The notes under the pieces were generated by a model. It saw nothing but the letters and a program-made list of their open reading frames with translations. It was not told the DNA's origin and did not search any database. The position numbers and the translations under genes were made by a program. 60,344 nucleotides of DNA. Origin: a virus (taxonomy: Duplodnaviria; Caudoviricetes). Location of the stretch: positions 1 to 60,344 of the IMG/VR virus record IMGVR_UViG_3300032219_000250; one strand, given 5' to 3'. Positions 36,591-46,577 of the stretch are shown piece by piece (position 1 is the first letter of the stretch; each line of letters starts with the position of its first letter).

Positions 36591-36848
36591 CTAGGTTTTC
36601 ACTAATTTTTTATGTCCGTTTCGAGCACGATTCTTGCTCGGGGATTCCAGTTTATAACCGTCCGCATTTGACCCGCCTTTGGACAACATCTTGACGTGTG
36701 ATACGTCTTTGCCACTGCGGTTCACGCCCTTCTTATCAAGGGCACGGCGAGCACGTTGTCGCTCCATCCGGTCGGGGAGTTCGCCCCGCTCAACTTGTTT
36801 CTTGTACTCGTGTTTGTATGGTCTTGGTGATTTGGTGTAGGGCATCAT
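36591..36848 (-). CDS. small HNH-like protein
   Basis: R..ARR......GKDVSH...LSKGGSN......SPSKNRARN. Confidence 0.65.
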   Translation of the reverse strand: MMPYTKSPRPYKHEYKKQVERGELPDRMERQRARRALDKKGVNRSGKDVSHVKMLSKGGSNADGYKLESPSKNRARNGHKKLVKT

Positions 36849-37000
36849 GCTCTCCTGAAGAATACGATTGTGGTGCCGTAGTCAAGCGCGTACTCAACGG
36901 CGGCTTTCATTGGGTTGTTAGGCACCACGGTGCCGTAGTCGTCCACACAATAACTTTTGCCATAGATGGATACAAAACCGTCTCCAAAGTCAAACATCAT
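36845..37000 (-). CDS. small hypothetical protein
   Basis: ATGA overlaps at both ends (MMFDFGDG...). Confidence 0.5.
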   Translation of the reverse strand: MMFDFGDGFVSIYGKSYCVDDYGTVVPNNPMKAAVEYALDYGTTIVFFRRA

Positions 37001-37656
37001 GCTCTCCCATTGTGTGAACAACTTAACACTGGACACCACGCCTTGCACAGACCGCTCGGCTTTGGGTTCCACATATCATTATCATAAGCGGATTGCAGAC
37101 GTTGGTGTTTATGTTTCCACTTGTCCCACCGCACCTCATCGGTCAGGTCAAACTGTGCCTTGGGGAAAGAATTGGCAATCACAAACAACAACCCTGCCTT
37201 GACCTTCTTGATCTCGGGGAAGTGTTTGAATACACACAGAGACATGAGTTCTAGTTGATCAGGGTCAGCGTACTTGGCGCTCTTGCCTGTCTTGTAGTCG
37301 ATGACCCGCGCCTCACCCTTCTCGCGGTTGATGATCAGCAAGTCAGCGATGCCTCGGTACCACACGTTCTCATCCTTGAAACCACACGGCTCCAAGTCAG
37401 CGGTGACACCCATCTCATACTCGCACAACTTCTCCCCCTCGATGTTACGCAGGGAATCAAGTGCGCCCTTGGCAAACTTAAAGTACTCAGGGATCGGGGT
37501 GCCATCCCGCATGTATAACTCAGCGGCTTCGTGGAAACGTGTTCCATAGTTCATGGCATCACTCTCCGGTTCCACAATATCTTTAAGCACCCTCAAGTGA
37601 AAGTATTTGCGGGGGCACTGCTCAAAGAGCTTCATGCTACTGTATGACCACTTCAT
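36997..37656 (-). CDS. PD-(D/E)XK (Cas4/RecB-like) exonuclease
   Basis: WSYS...QCPRKY, G..FH, RGIADL, IDYKTG, QL, C-terminal C..WCPV..C cluster. Confidence 0.85.
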   Translation of the reverse strand: MKWSYSSMKLFEQCPRKYFHLRVLKDIVEPESDAMNYGTRFHEAAELYMRDGTPIPEYFKFAKGALDSLRNIEGEKLCEYEMGVTADLEPCGFKDENVWYRGIADLLIINREKGEARVIDYKTGKSAKYADPDQLELMSLCVFKHFPEIKKVKAGLLFVIANSFPKAQFDLTDEVRWDKWKHKHQRLQSAYDNDMWNPKPSGLCKAWCPVLSCSHNGRA

Positions 37657-37868
37657 GTGTTTAACTCCCGCAGTGCTTTCTCAATCAGGTTGTAGAACGC
37701 CAAGTGCCCACACCCCTCAGTTTGTTTTAGGATGTGCTGATACTGTTCGTCGGATAAAGACCGCCAAGGTTTCTTGTACTCTTGAATGTCATCGTCATCA
37801 AACACCGCTCTGCGTTGTTGGGCTTTCTCCAACTCTTCAAACGCTTCGTCTTCAGGTTCTTTGATCAT
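37653..37868 (-). CDS. hypothetical protein
   Basis: Coupled start/stop; DDDIQEYKKPW.SL motif. Confidence 0.6.
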   Translation of the reverse strand: MIKEPEDEAFEELEKAQQRRAVFDDDDIQEYKKPWRSLSDEQYQHILKQTEGCGHLAFYNLIEKALRELNT

Positions 37869-38115
37869 CTGCCACCTCTTTTAAAAAATCTAGCAAGGGC
37901 ATCAGCGCATCAACCTCGTGCCGCTCTAGCCCTGCATCTTTGTGTCGGTACCGAAACCCTGCGCTACATTCGCGGATCGCTCGTGCAACCAACTGTCGTG
38001 CACGTTCACGTGAAACCCCAAAGACTTCCCCAATCTCTTGAAAAGTCTTCCCTTGGTTTCGCATACTCAACGCCACCATGCGTCTATGCGATGAGGGAAC
38101 ATCAGCAGTCGCCAT
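37852..38115 (-). CDS. sigma70 region 4-like HTH protein
   Basis: GKTFQEIGEVFGVSRERARQL. Confidence 0.75.
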   Translation of the reverse strand: MATADVPSSHRRMVALSMRNQGKTFQEIGEVFGVSRERARQLVARAIRECSAGFRYRHKDAGLERHEVDALMPLLDFLKEVADDQRT

Positions 38116-39928
38116 AGGATTGTCCAACACCGCTCTCGCAGTTCACAGGTAAACCCGCCGCCCACTCAGGTGTCCACCGCATGCACTCTTCCACAAACGC
38201 TTGGGCTTCCACAACCTCTGCATCAGGAACGACACACGCAATAGCATCATGTACGGTGAGCACCACCTTGTACCGCTTCCCGATCTTGAGCATCTGCTCG
38301 GCGATGATGCACCGCGCAATTGCTTGGCACACGTTCTCGATTACCTTGCCGCCATAGATTCGGGTGCGTCCTTTGCGAGTCATGTAACTGAACTCCACGC
38401 CGTTCTCACCTTGCGTAAACTTCAGGTCGGTGTACCGCATCAACAGTCCGCTCGGCAACTTGACCGCAGTCTCCCCCGTGTCCACGCTCAGGACACCCTT
38501 ACGCCCCAACACACACGGCTCTGCGCGTGACATGTTGATCAACATGTTCTGGGCCTGCCGCCATAAAGCTGTCACCGCAGGATTTGTTTTACGGTAAATG
38601 TCAATGATGCGCCGGGCCTCATCGAGTGATACATCAACCCCAAACGTCTTTAACTGTGCTTGGAACTTGACCGCGCCCATGCCGTAACCCGCGCCAAGGA
38701 TTGTGGTCTTACCCACGAACCGCTCATCCTTCGTGATGTCTGCCTCGGGCTTGCCGTAGATAGCCGATGCCATCTTCTTATACACATCATCTTTACGTGC
38801 GAACGCTTCCACCAAGTCGTTCTGTTCAGCAAGCCACGCCAACACACGCGCTTCAATCTGTGCGGAGTCAGCATCAATTACCTTGTACCCTTGCGGTGCG
38901 AGGATAGCGTTCTTCAACTTCCCTGCGTTCTGCCCACGGCTAGGTAGGTTTTGCAGGTTGATCTTGTCGTCACCACCAAACCTACCAGTATGTGCGGCGT
39001 AATACTTGATCGGTACGGGGAGCTTGCCACGTGATGCTATATCTATAAACCTCTGTGTGCGTGTCTCCTCCAGTGTGGACTTCGTTCCGAGTCGTGCCGC
39101 AACAAGACCTTGCACTCTCACATCAGGGTGCTCGGCAAGGGCTTTGAATTCCTCATCGTTCTTGGCAAGTGCAAGGGTTTCTTTACCTGTGGTCGCACTG
39201 ATCTTCATGGGCGGCTCAACGCCTAGCTTACGTAGTACTTCCGCAAACTTGGGGTTAGACATCAATTCCTCCTTCTCAACTCCCACATCAGCCAATAACT
39301 TCTCTTTGCGTCCTTGCACATCTATCAGATGCTCCGCCAGTAGCGTAGCGTCTAACTCCAATACAGGCTCAGTGAACATACGCAAAGTTTGGTTGATGAC
39401 GTGCAATTCTTTCTTAGGAAAGCCATCAGCCAACATCTTGGTAAACAATGTGTGAGTCAGGCTCACATCGTTGATACAGTAGTCGCCATACTTGGACAAC
39501 TCAAACTCACTGAAGTCTTGGCGGCGATAGCCCTTGAAGTTGTGCACCTCCGTACCCTTCTTCCCAATACCATATCGCTCGGCAAGTGCGGCAAGAGAAC
39601 CGCTCACCTCTACGCCATGAATGGCTCGTCCCATACACAGGGTGTCCACCCAAAACTTCGGTCGAATATTAAAATGGTGCGATAGGATGAATCCGTCAAA
39701 CATCGCGTTGTGTGCGAGAGTTGTTGACGCAGCCCAGTCAAACGTATTCAACCACGTAACAAGTTCTTCGTGTGTGCCGCTTGCCCACTGCGGCTCGTCA
39801 TCGTTGATCTTCACCGCCACGCCGATCACATGGAACTGCGGATCACGCACATACTCTTCAGTCGTCTGCTTGGCAAAGCCAACGTCCGCAGAGTAGTACG
39901 TTTCAAAGTCAATTGTTATTAGATTCAT
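38102..39928 (-). CDS. polA: family A DNA polymerase with 3'-5' exonuclease domain
   Basis: IDFETY, AHNAMFD, YCINDV; HTGRF, NLQNLP, motif A DSAQIEARVLAW, motif B RFVGKTTILGAGYGMG, motif C TVHD. Confidence 0.92.
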   Translation of the reverse strand: MNLITIDFETYYSADVGFAKQTTEEYVRDPQFHVIGVAVKINDDEPQWASGTHEELVTWLNTFDWAASTTLAHNAMFDGFILSHHFNIRPKFWVDTLCMGRAIHGVEVSGSLAALAERYGIGKKGTEVHNFKGYRRQDFSEFELSKYGDYCINDVSLTHTLFTKMLADGFPKKELHVINQTLRMFTEPVLELDATLLAEHLIDVQGRKEKLLADVGVEKEELMSNPKFAEVLRKLGVEPPMKISATTGKETLALAKNDEEFKALAEHPDVRVQGLVAARLGTKSTLEETRTQRFIDIASRGKLPVPIKYYAAHTGRFGGDDKINLQNLPSRGQNAGKLKNAILAPQGYKVIDADSAQIEARVLAWLAEQNDLVEAFARKDDVYKKMASAIYGKPEADITKDERFVGKTTILGAGYGMGAVKFQAQLKTFGVDVSLDEARRIIDIYRKTNPAVTALWRQAQNMLINMSRAEPCVLGRKGVLSVDTGETAVKLPSGLLMRYTDLKFTQGENGVEFSYMTRKGRTRIYGGKVIENVCQAIARCIIAEQMLKIGKRYKVVLTVHDAIACVVPDAEVVEAQAFVEECMRWTPEWAAGLPVNCESGVGQSYGDC

Positions 39929-40485
39929 CTCTTCTCCATCTGTTGTATTTTTCTTCGCAACATAGCACGACATGTTGCCATGCCATCGTTGAACCCTTTG
40001 CGGTAAGCATCGTCTAACTCAATCTCGCTCTCCAACTCAAGGGTGACCAACTCCAAAAGAAGTTTTGCCGCACTGATATGCTCGGCTTCAAGTCTTCCTC
40101 GAAACGAACTTGCAAGCGAATCCATGAACAACATCGCGCTCTGATCTGCGTTGCCCTCAAACTTCATCACGCCACCGTTGAAGTCAAGCCTACCTACTTG
40201 CACCTGTTTACCCTCTACCATGTTGTTCAGCGTGATGTTGTAGTCGGGCTTGGCTACACCAATCGACATTATCTTTCCCTGATCTTTCTTCATGCTATAC
40301 CCCATGCTTTGTGCCGCCTCTAAAGATGTTGGGTTGACTGTCTTGTTGATACCCGCGTTCAGTGCTTGTAAGTCGAGCTTCTCCATGATTTCTGCGGCTT
40401 TGCGATCCGCTTCTTGAACATGTCCGGCTTCTATCACTTGAACAAGCCGTGTGATCTCGGCTTCGTGTTCTTCATTGTTTTCCAT
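39925..40485 (-). CDS. hypothetical protein
   Basis: SD GAGG; VGRLDFNGGVMKFEGNADQSA motif. Confidence 0.6.
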   Translation of the reverse strand: MENNEEHEAEITRLVQVIEAGHVQEADRKAAEIMEKLDLQALNAGINKTVNPTSLEAAQSMGYSMKKDQGKIMSIGVAKPDYNITLNNMVEGKQVQVGRLDFNGGVMKFEGNADQSAMLFMDSLASSFRGRLEAEHISAAKLLLELVTLELESEIELDDAYRKGFNDGMATCRAMLRRKIQQMEKR

Positions 40486-40756
40486 TGAGCACCTCGGCAA
40501 GTTTGGCTATGTAGTGGTGACACTTGTTCGCATCATCGCTACCGTCCTTCCTACCTTGACGCATCGAGTACTTGATGATGTTGCCCTTCAAGAAACCAAT
40601 GAACTCTTCACGTGACAAAACCATCTCCATCACGTGCCAAGGTTGTACAGACATGTCTTTGTAGTGTGAACCTCCAACTTGCAGGTCGTCGGCTCGTGTA
40701 CCGTTGAACTTTAATTCGTACGGTGAGGGTCGGTCGGTATATTTCGGGTCAATCAT
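40472..40756 (-). CDS. DUF3310 (SaV-like) protein
   Basis: QVGGSHYK...QPW...GFLKGNIIKY..R.G.K...D..K..HY. Confidence 0.85.
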   Translation of the reverse strand: MIDPKYTDRPSPYELKFNGTRADDLQVGGSHYKDMSVQPWHVMEMVLSREEFIGFLKGNIIKYSMRQGRKDGSDDANKCHHYIAKLAEVLNGKQ

Positions 40757-40786
40757 AGTAGTGCCTCTTCTGTGTCCTCTAGTGGA

Positions 40787-40993
40787 TCACGCTTTGGTTG
40801 TTTTGGAAATCTTTTGGGGTCTAGCCTCGTGAAAGGCCACCACTGCATCAGTTCCTTTTGTGATAACACGTTTGATTCTTTCTTCGGTTGTGAAAGTGTG
40901 TTCGTTAAAACACAATCGTCTTCTGTATACATGGTCGTCTCTTGCTCTAGTTTCTTTTACGTCTGAGGGTGCATTGCATGCGGGACACTTCAT
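40787..40993 (-). CDS. NrdR N-terminal-like Zn-ribbon protein
   Basis: MKCPAC...V.ETR......RRRLC...HTFTTEE. Confidence 0.75.
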   Translation of the reverse strand: MKCPACNAPSDVKETRARDDHVYRRRLCFNEHTFTTEERIKRVITKGTDAVVAFHEARPQKISKTTKA

Positions 40994-41190
40994 GGTATGG
41001 GTTCTTTCATGTCTCGCAGATACACCGTGAATGATGCTACGGTGTCAGCACCGAACGGCATCTCTTGAATCCGCTTTGCCGCCTCTTCAAGGGCGGCGTT
41101 CCAACCGTTCTGATAGACACGTTCTGCTACGTCATTGGGTGCCAAGTCGTTGCCGAATGTCTCCATAAATATCTGTTTCATCTTGCCCAT
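40990..41190 (-). CDS. hypothetical protein
   Basis: GWNAALEEAA...PFG.DT.ASF; coupled to neighbours. Confidence 0.55.
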   Translation of the reverse strand: MGKMKQIFMETFGNDLAPNDVAERVYQNGWNAALEEAAKRIQEMPFGADTVASFTVYLRDMKEPIP

Positions 41191-41438
41191 GTTGACCCCC
41201 ATGCCAAACCAATACAAATACCCACCGCAAACAAAACCATCGGATCACGAAACGGTGACCAAGGTTTCTCGTACGTGTCGGTCTCTTCCTTGATGTGTTT
41301 CATCACATCCATAAAGATGCGGTGCGCTTCCCCTGCATCCTTCACAACTTCACCCTTGTAGTGCATGCCATCTTTGTCGAGACGCAATACTTCGGTGAAC
41401 TCGTGTGAGGTAATGCCAAATGTTATGTGGTCGCTCAT
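41178..41438 (-). CDS. hypothetical membrane protein
   Basis: C-terminal hydrophobic helix; ATGA coupling. Confidence 0.55.
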   Translation of the reverse strand: MSDHITFGITSHEFTEVLRLDKDGMHYKGEVVKDAGEAHRIFMDVMKHIKEETDTYEKPWSPFRDPMVLFAVGICIGLAWGSTWAR

Positions 41439-41770
41439 ACGACTCTCTCCCACAAGTTTTTAGGTGCACGGTGTGCATTGGTTGATTTCTGTGGGGCGTA
41501 GCCGAGGCTTCGCACCCATCCCAACTTCTTTGCTTGCACGGCGATTGCTCCCCATGCGCGTCTGTCGGGCGGCGGCTCCATGCCGAGGTTCTCTGCATAC
41601 GTGCGAACATCTTCCGTCATAAACGGTTTGCCACCGTGATGCAGTAGATACATCTTGAAGTGTGTCAGGGCTTCCTTGCTCCACTCAGGTACCACACGGT
41701 CGGCGTGTGCCGCCGCCGTGTTCATACCGTCAACGGCTAAGTCCCACCCATTAGGTTTGGGTTCGTTCAT
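41435..41770 (-). CDS. hypothetical protein (winged-helix-like)
   Basis: FMTEDVR...PPPDRRAWGAI. Confidence 0.6.
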   Translation of the reverse strand: MNEPKPNGWDLAVDGMNTAAAHADRVVPEWSKEALTHFKMYLLHHGGKPFMTEDVRTYAENLGMEPPPDRRAWGAIAVQAKKLGWVRSLGYAPQKSTNAHRAPKNLWERVV

Positions 41771-41952
41771 TTCATGCCCCTCATGATTTGTTTACACGTG
41801 GTTCGGGCTTCTTCGACAGTGGATTTGGAGTAGTAGTTGATGCAGTTATCAAACGCATCACCACCGCCTAGCTTCGTGCCGATCAGCACACCAACTAACA
41901 CCATCGCCAAAGCACCGCACCCAAGCCCAATGATTACAGCTTCATCTTTCAT
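41767..41952 (-). CDS. small membrane protein
   Basis: N-terminal TM helix followed by a Cys pair. Confidence 0.55.
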   Translation of the reverse strand: MKDEAVIIGLGCGALAMVLVGVLIGTKLGGGDAFDNCINYYSKSTVEEARTTCKQIMRGMK

Positions 41953-42389
41953 GACAACCACGCACGGATACGTTCTCTGATACGCTCCATGAGGGGCGGC
42001 TTCTCCAACGTGACGTAGGCCCGTGCCAACGCAGGTGATGGCGTGTAAACATGTTTGAACTGCTCTACCGCAGGTAGGTTGATCGCCACGCTCGGTTGCG
42101 TAGCTTGCGTCTCACGCGCCGCTGATTCACTCGCCACCTCCTGTATCCCCCCTGTCACTGGTATCGGGGATTTTGTGGAGATAGCGGGGAGACCCCCCGC
42201 CTCGGCTTTCATCTTGCTACGCACGACATACACGTAGGGCAGTGGTGCGCCTGTCTTCTCAGAAATTTGTTTGGGTGTCAGCTTACCCTGTGCCACTAGC
42301 TTGCGGATCATCGCGGCCTTGGATTGCACCTTGAGTTTGGTGCGCACTTCGATGCGAGTCTTCTTTGGTGCAGTTACGTTCTCAGTCAT
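41949..42389 (-). CDS. HTH-containing protein
   Basis: SKAAMIRKL...TPKQISEKTGAPLPYVYVVR. Confidence 0.6.
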   Translation of the reverse strand: MTENVTAPKKTRIEVRTKLKVQSKAAMIRKLVAQGKLTPKQISEKTGAPLPYVYVVRSKMKAEAGGLPAISTKSPIPVTGGIQEVASESAARETQATQPSVAINLPAVEQFKHVYTPSPALARAYVTLEKPPLMERIRERIRAWLS

Positions 42390-42404
42390 TTCATTCTCCA
42401 ATGG

Positions 42405-42707
42405 TTAAATTCCTAGGACACGTCCTAGTGTTTCCTCAAATACGCCCACGTTCTCATCATTGACAACAAGGGCGATCCCGCCAGACCTTTCGATCTGACG
42501 TAGATTCTTTTCCTGAAGGGGTGTGGTCGTGTTCTTCCCTGCCTTGCACTCGATCCCAATGAATCGTCCGTGCAAGCAGACAAGAAAGTCGGGTGCACCT
42601 GAATTGCCATAGCCCCCTGTAACAGGCATGACGTAGTACGCACCCAACTTATCCAACACCTTACGTACCTGTGCTTTCACACGGCGTTCGGGTGTCATTG
42701 CCATCAT
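42405..42707 (-). CDS. VRR-NUC domain nuclease / Holliday junction resolvase-like
   Basis: TPE..VK, GAPDFL, FIGIECKAG, T.LQ...L..I...GG. Confidence 0.85.
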   Translation of the reverse strand: MMAMTPERRVKAQVRKVLDKLGAYYVMPVTGGYGNSGAPDFLVCLHGRFIGIECKAGKNTTTPLQEKNLRQIERSGGIALVVNDENVGVFEETLGRVLGI

Positions 42708-43077
42708 CTTCTCCTTCGTCAGGGTAGACCCAAAAGGTTCCCCTAGATATACGTCTACCTATCCCCTTGATTTCGTCCATCGGTTTCTCAGGATCGAAAA
42801 TCATAAGCACTGCAATCTTGCGTTGCATCCACTCAGGTAGTACGTCCACAGAATCATAGCTCCGATCTACATCTTCTGCAAGCCCCCATGTAGTAATGTT
42901 TACCCTACCGTTTGGCTCGACTGCCACACGATAAGTTTGCGTTGCCATAGCCACAAATATCTGTGCGGTTACGGTCTTGTTGTCAAGTTTGCTCACGCTA
43001 TGCCGCATCAAGTCCGACATAGCCGTGAACGTCTTGCGCTCGTGCTTGGACATATAGTCCTCGGCGTTGCTGTCCAT
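42661..43077 (-). CDS. hypothetical protein, paralogous to the C-terminus of 43079..44038
   Basis: LPEWMQRKIAVL...GIGRRISRGTFWV. Confidence 0.65.
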   Translation of the reverse strand: MDSNAEDYMSKHERKTFTAMSDLMRHSVSKLDNKTVTAQIFVAMATQTYRVAVEPNGRVNITTWGLAEDVDRSYDSVDVLPEWMQRKIAVLMIFDPEKPMDEIKGIGRRISRGTFWVYPDEGEDDGNDTRTPCESTGT

Positions 43078-43078
43078 G

Positions 43079-44038
43079 TTATCTCTCAACCCAAAACGAC
43101 TTCTCAGATACACGGCGACCCACCTGCTCCATGTACTGATCGTTGGTTGCAATGGTCAGTACTGCCAACTTACCCTTGATGTCATCAGGCAGGTCATTGA
43201 TGTTCATAGACGTAATAGGACATGTATCCACGCTACTAGATGAACGGTTGTTGATGTCGGGCACATCCACCACATCAACCCACTGCTCACCACCTACCAT
43301 ACGTACATACACATAGTATGCGTTGAACGGCTTGCGCTTCATCTCCTCCCAATCCTTGTCGGCTTGGGTGATCTGCTCGGCGGCTTGTATGAACTGAGGC
43401 GTTGAGAACGTGACGTTGGCAGTCAGCAAGTTGCGCATCTCGGCAAGCAACACGTTGCGGTCTTGTAGTGGCTCCAAGATTCTATTGAGCTTGCTTTGTG
43501 AGTTACTACGCACCAGTGCAATGTCAGACTTGAAGTCATGGAAGTTGATGTACGCCATCTCTTTCGGTGAGTACGGTGTCAGCTTGGACAAGGCAACCTT
43601 CATCGCCTTCTTGAAGTCCTTGGCGAACGACATGAAGTACTGCTCACGATGATCGTTAAACTTCTCGTTGTTGATCTTGCGACTGTGAATCATGTACATA
43701 GGCTCGTCTGATTCGTTGATGCCGTACAGTTTGCCGTAGCCCACACGCCCTACGATGTAGTCCGATCCCTCGATGTACACGTGCACGTCTGAGTACACGG
43801 TCTTGCGCACCTCATCGGTGAACGTGATAGAGACCTTCAAGTTTGACAGACCACCGCGCCCTGCATGGAACCGATACCCACTGTATGACCTACGCAATTG
43901 GAGACACAAGTCAAGTACTTCTTTACGCACAGGGATGCCGTCAATCTTGTGAGGCCAATCACTAACTTGTTCTTGTGTGTGCAAGTCGCGCTCGTTTGCG
44001 GGTTGTAGGTCAGCTACTAATACGTGTTTGAAAGCCAT
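43079..44038 (-). CDS. hypothetical protein of the AAA/VWA operon
   Basis: SD AAGGAGA; SRKINNEKF; C-terminal LPDDIKGKLAVL...VGRRVSEKSFWV. Confidence 0.7.
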   Translation of the reverse strand: MAFKHVLVADLQPANERDLHTQEQVSDWPHKIDGIPVRKEVLDLCLQLRRSYSGYRFHAGRGGLSNLKVSITFTDEVRKTVYSDVHVYIEGSDYIVGRVGYGKLYGINESDEPMYMIHSRKINNEKFNDHREQYFMSFAKDFKKAMKVALSKLTPYSPKEMAYINFHDFKSDIALVRSNSQSKLNRILEPLQDRNVLLAEMRNLLTANVTFSTPQFIQAAEQITQADKDWEEMKRKPFNAYYVYVRMVGGEQWVDVVDVPDINNRSSSSVDTCPITSMNINDLPDDIKGKLAVLTIATNDQYMEQVGRRVSEKSFWVER

Positions 44039-44050
44039 TTTGATTTCTCC

Positions 44051-45331
44051 TTACATTGATGTTGATTCGATATGAACTGTCTTGCCCACGTCAGATGTCG
44101 CAGACTTGTTGTCGAGGATGCACCACAGGGTAGGCACATGCCATGTACCCCATGACCCACCAAGATAGCCATCGGTCAAGATGATCGCGGCTTGTGGCTT
44201 GATCTGCTTCTCACGCATATATGTTGTCACGCACTCCACCATCGTGCCCCCACCTCCTGCGGGTTTGGTTGATGTAGCGATACTGTCCAGTTGATCTTGG
44301 GTGTAGTACTCGTCACGACATACTTCTGTGTCCCAATACAAGAGGCGCACGCCGGAGGGTCGCACGGCTTTCGCAATGGCAGAGATTTCCCCTAGGAACT
44401 GTCCTAGCTCACGTCCACCAATCGAACCCGATGCGTCAATGGCAATCACCAACTCGCCCACGGTCTCACTGATACCGCTTGGCAAATAGATGTTCATACC
44501 AATGAACCTACGGTTAGGTCTGCGCCATGTTGAGTAGTCGTTGCCCTGACATGTAGCGGTTGCAAACTCACGCAACACCTCACGCCAGTTGACCTTGGCT
44601 TGCAAGACTTCATCGAGCATGCGGTTGCCGCCCGATCCCAATTTACCTGCCAACACGTTACCCTGACGTATGGCTTCATCGACAGCGCGTTCCACTTCCT
44701 TGCGCTCTTCCTCAGTCATCTCTTGGGCACCTTCCCAATCGTGCTGATCCATCGTCTCGCCGTTGCCACCACCATCACCGTCTTCGTCTTCACCCTCACC
44801 GTTGCCTTGACCCTGACCTTGCCCCTGTCCCTTACCTTGACCTTGGCCCTGCCCTTGTCCTTGCTCACGCAATAACTTGTATATCTCCACGCAGTCCATG
44901 CCACGGTAGGCGGTATCAATCAACCCAACCTTGGGCATCTTGATGAACCCGACACGTTGAGTCGTTGCGTCATAGTCCACCAACTTTAAGTTGATAGAGT
45001 AGTCGCATGCCATGTTTGCCACACGTGCACTCTCCTCGTACATCCACAGGTACGTTGTGAGATGTTTGTAGATAACGTGATACGCCTCGTGCAGGATGAG
45101 GAACCGTAACTCCGCATCATTGAGGGTGCCCACGAATGTGCGGCTATACCATGAGTCAAGTCCGTTGGTCATCGCAGTGCGGCAACCCCTGAACCCATCT
45201 TCCACGATCTTGTGTTCACCGAGCATGAGTACACCCACGACTGGCGCATACTCTGTCTCCCCGATGATGTCTGCAAACGCCTTGGTTAGACGTTGCTCCT
45301 CTGTCAGTTGTTTGTTACCAAGCATTAACAT
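44051..45331 (-). CDS. DUF2201-like metallopeptidase fused to a VWA domain
   Basis: TAMTNG, LILHEAYH (HExxH), ANMACDYSIN, (QG)n linker, IDASGS MIDAS motif, GGGGT, ILTDG. Confidence 0.88.
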   Translation of the reverse strand: MLMLGNKQLTEEQRLTKAFADIIGETEYAPVVGVLMLGEHKIVEDGFRGCRTAMTNGLDSWYSRTFVGTLNDAELRFLILHEAYHVIYKHLTTYLWMYEESARVANMACDYSINLKLVDYDATTQRVGFIKMPKVGLIDTAYRGMDCVEIYKLLREQGQGQGQGQGKGQGQGQGQGNGEGEDEDGDGGGNGETMDQHDWEGAQEMTEEERKEVERAVDEAIRQGNVLAGKLGSGGNRMLDEVLQAKVNWREVLREFATATCQGNDYSTWRRPNRRFIGMNIYLPSGISETVGELVIAIDASGSIGGRELGQFLGEISAIAKAVRPSGVRLLYWDTEVCRDEYYTQDQLDSIATSTKPAGGGGTMVECVTTYMREKQIKPQAAIILTDGYLGGSWGTWHVPTLWCILDNKSATSDVGKTVHIESTSM

Positions 45332-45358
45332 GTTTCATTCTCCTAGTCTGTGTCCTAG

Positions 45359-46462
45359 TTACTTCTTCTCTGCGGCAAACACGTAGTTGTTTGCCATGCA
45401 CCACTGTGTGAACAAGCCGTTAGTTACCACCTCGTTCTGACGTGAGTACTTCTCACGGCGCACTTGCATGACGAACATGTTCTGTGCGTCCTTCTCCAAG
45501 CGACCCATGTACTTCATCCATGAATCCATCCATGACTTCTCGATGGTCTGTAACGTGCGGTGCACCACCATACACGTTGCGCTCGGCGAGTCAGGAACCT
45601 TGGCGTTCATTGGGTCTTTCTTGATCTGTTCAAGAGATGGCAGTTGGTCAGCAACACGAACATACGCAAACAAGTTTGAGGCAGACTCCGCACCAATGGT
45701 GCCGATGAGGGCAGACATCAATACCTTGTCGGATAACTTGTCACGTATCTTCAACCAGTTGGATGCTTTCTCCAAGGAACGTGGTGTCACGAATGACGTA
45801 CGGCTCGGGTCGGCAGGGTGATAGATGTGCAAGTTCTCTTTGGGATCACGGATGTCAGTGAACGATGCGAACAGTTGAGGCGTGTCTGCTACCCATGCAA
45901 TCATGGTGTGGTCGATGCCGTTGTTGATCGCGTAGTCTTCGATCCATTCAACATTAGTAGGTTTACGTGTGTTGACAATCGTCAAGCGGTTGCGGGCATG
46001 TGCAGGGAGCAAGTCACCCACGCCTTCTGATCCAAGGTTGGTCGTTGCAAACACGATACTATCTTTGTGCAAGGTGTAGCTACCGATCTTGCGCTCAAGC
46101 ATCAGACGCAGTAGTGCGTTCTTCACCGCAGGGTTTGCCTTGCCGTACTCATCAATCATCAAGATGATGGGCTTGCCCAAGTGCGCACCTAGCTCTTCGT
46201 TCGTGACGTAACGTACAAACGAGTCTGTGAGTGAGTCGGTCAAGTTGACCACATTAGGTATGGTGATGTCACCAAGGTCTTTTGTGGTGCAGTCAAAGTA
46301 GCAGGGCGTGTGAGTCGGCAAGTCCTGTGCCAATACCTTGAGCATGGTCGATTTACCTGTGCCCATGTGACCTTGGACGAGGACGGTTGTCTCTCCCGAA
46401 TAGCGCACGAGGGCGGTAACTTCGGTGAGGTTCAGTGCGTAGAGTTCAGTTGCGTTAGACAT
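45359..46462 (-). CDS. MoxR-like AAA+ ATPase
   Basis: Walker A GHMGTGKS, Walker B LMIDE, ATTN, RNR, TPRS. Confidence 0.88.
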   Translation of the reverse strand: MSNATELYALNLTEVTALVRYSGETTVLVQGHMGTGKSTMLKVLAQDLPTHTPCYFDCTTKDLGDITIPNVVNLTDSLTDSFVRYVTNEELGAHLGKPIILMIDEYGKANPAVKNALLRLMLERKIGSYTLHKDSIVFATTNLGSEGVGDLLPAHARNRLTIVNTRKPTNVEWIEDYAINNGIDHTMIAWVADTPQLFASFTDIRDPKENLHIYHPADPSRTSFVTPRSLEKASNWLKIRDKLSDKVLMSALIGTIGAESASNLFAYVRVADQLPSLEQIKKDPMNAKVPDSPSATCMVVHRTLQTIEKSWMDSWMKYMGRLEKDAQNMFVMQVRREKYSRQNEVVTNGLFTQWCMANNYVFAAEKK

Positions 46463-46577
46463 GATTTGCTTTCTTCAGTTAAGGGATAACCCGGGATTTA
46501 AGTTTGTTACACACACTAGGAGATGTCCTAGTGTGTTGTTGTTCGTTGCGCTGGCTGCTCGCAGCTTGTACACAATC

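Noticed and set aside
38003-38017. parS-like GTTTCACGTGAAC
   Set aside because: Single imperfect copy explained by the codons for VSRE in the HTH recognition helix; no ParB seen.
44745-44865. (QG)n and acidic low-complexity tract as a novel repeat
   Set aside because: Ordinary linker between the metallopeptidase and VWA domains in this family.
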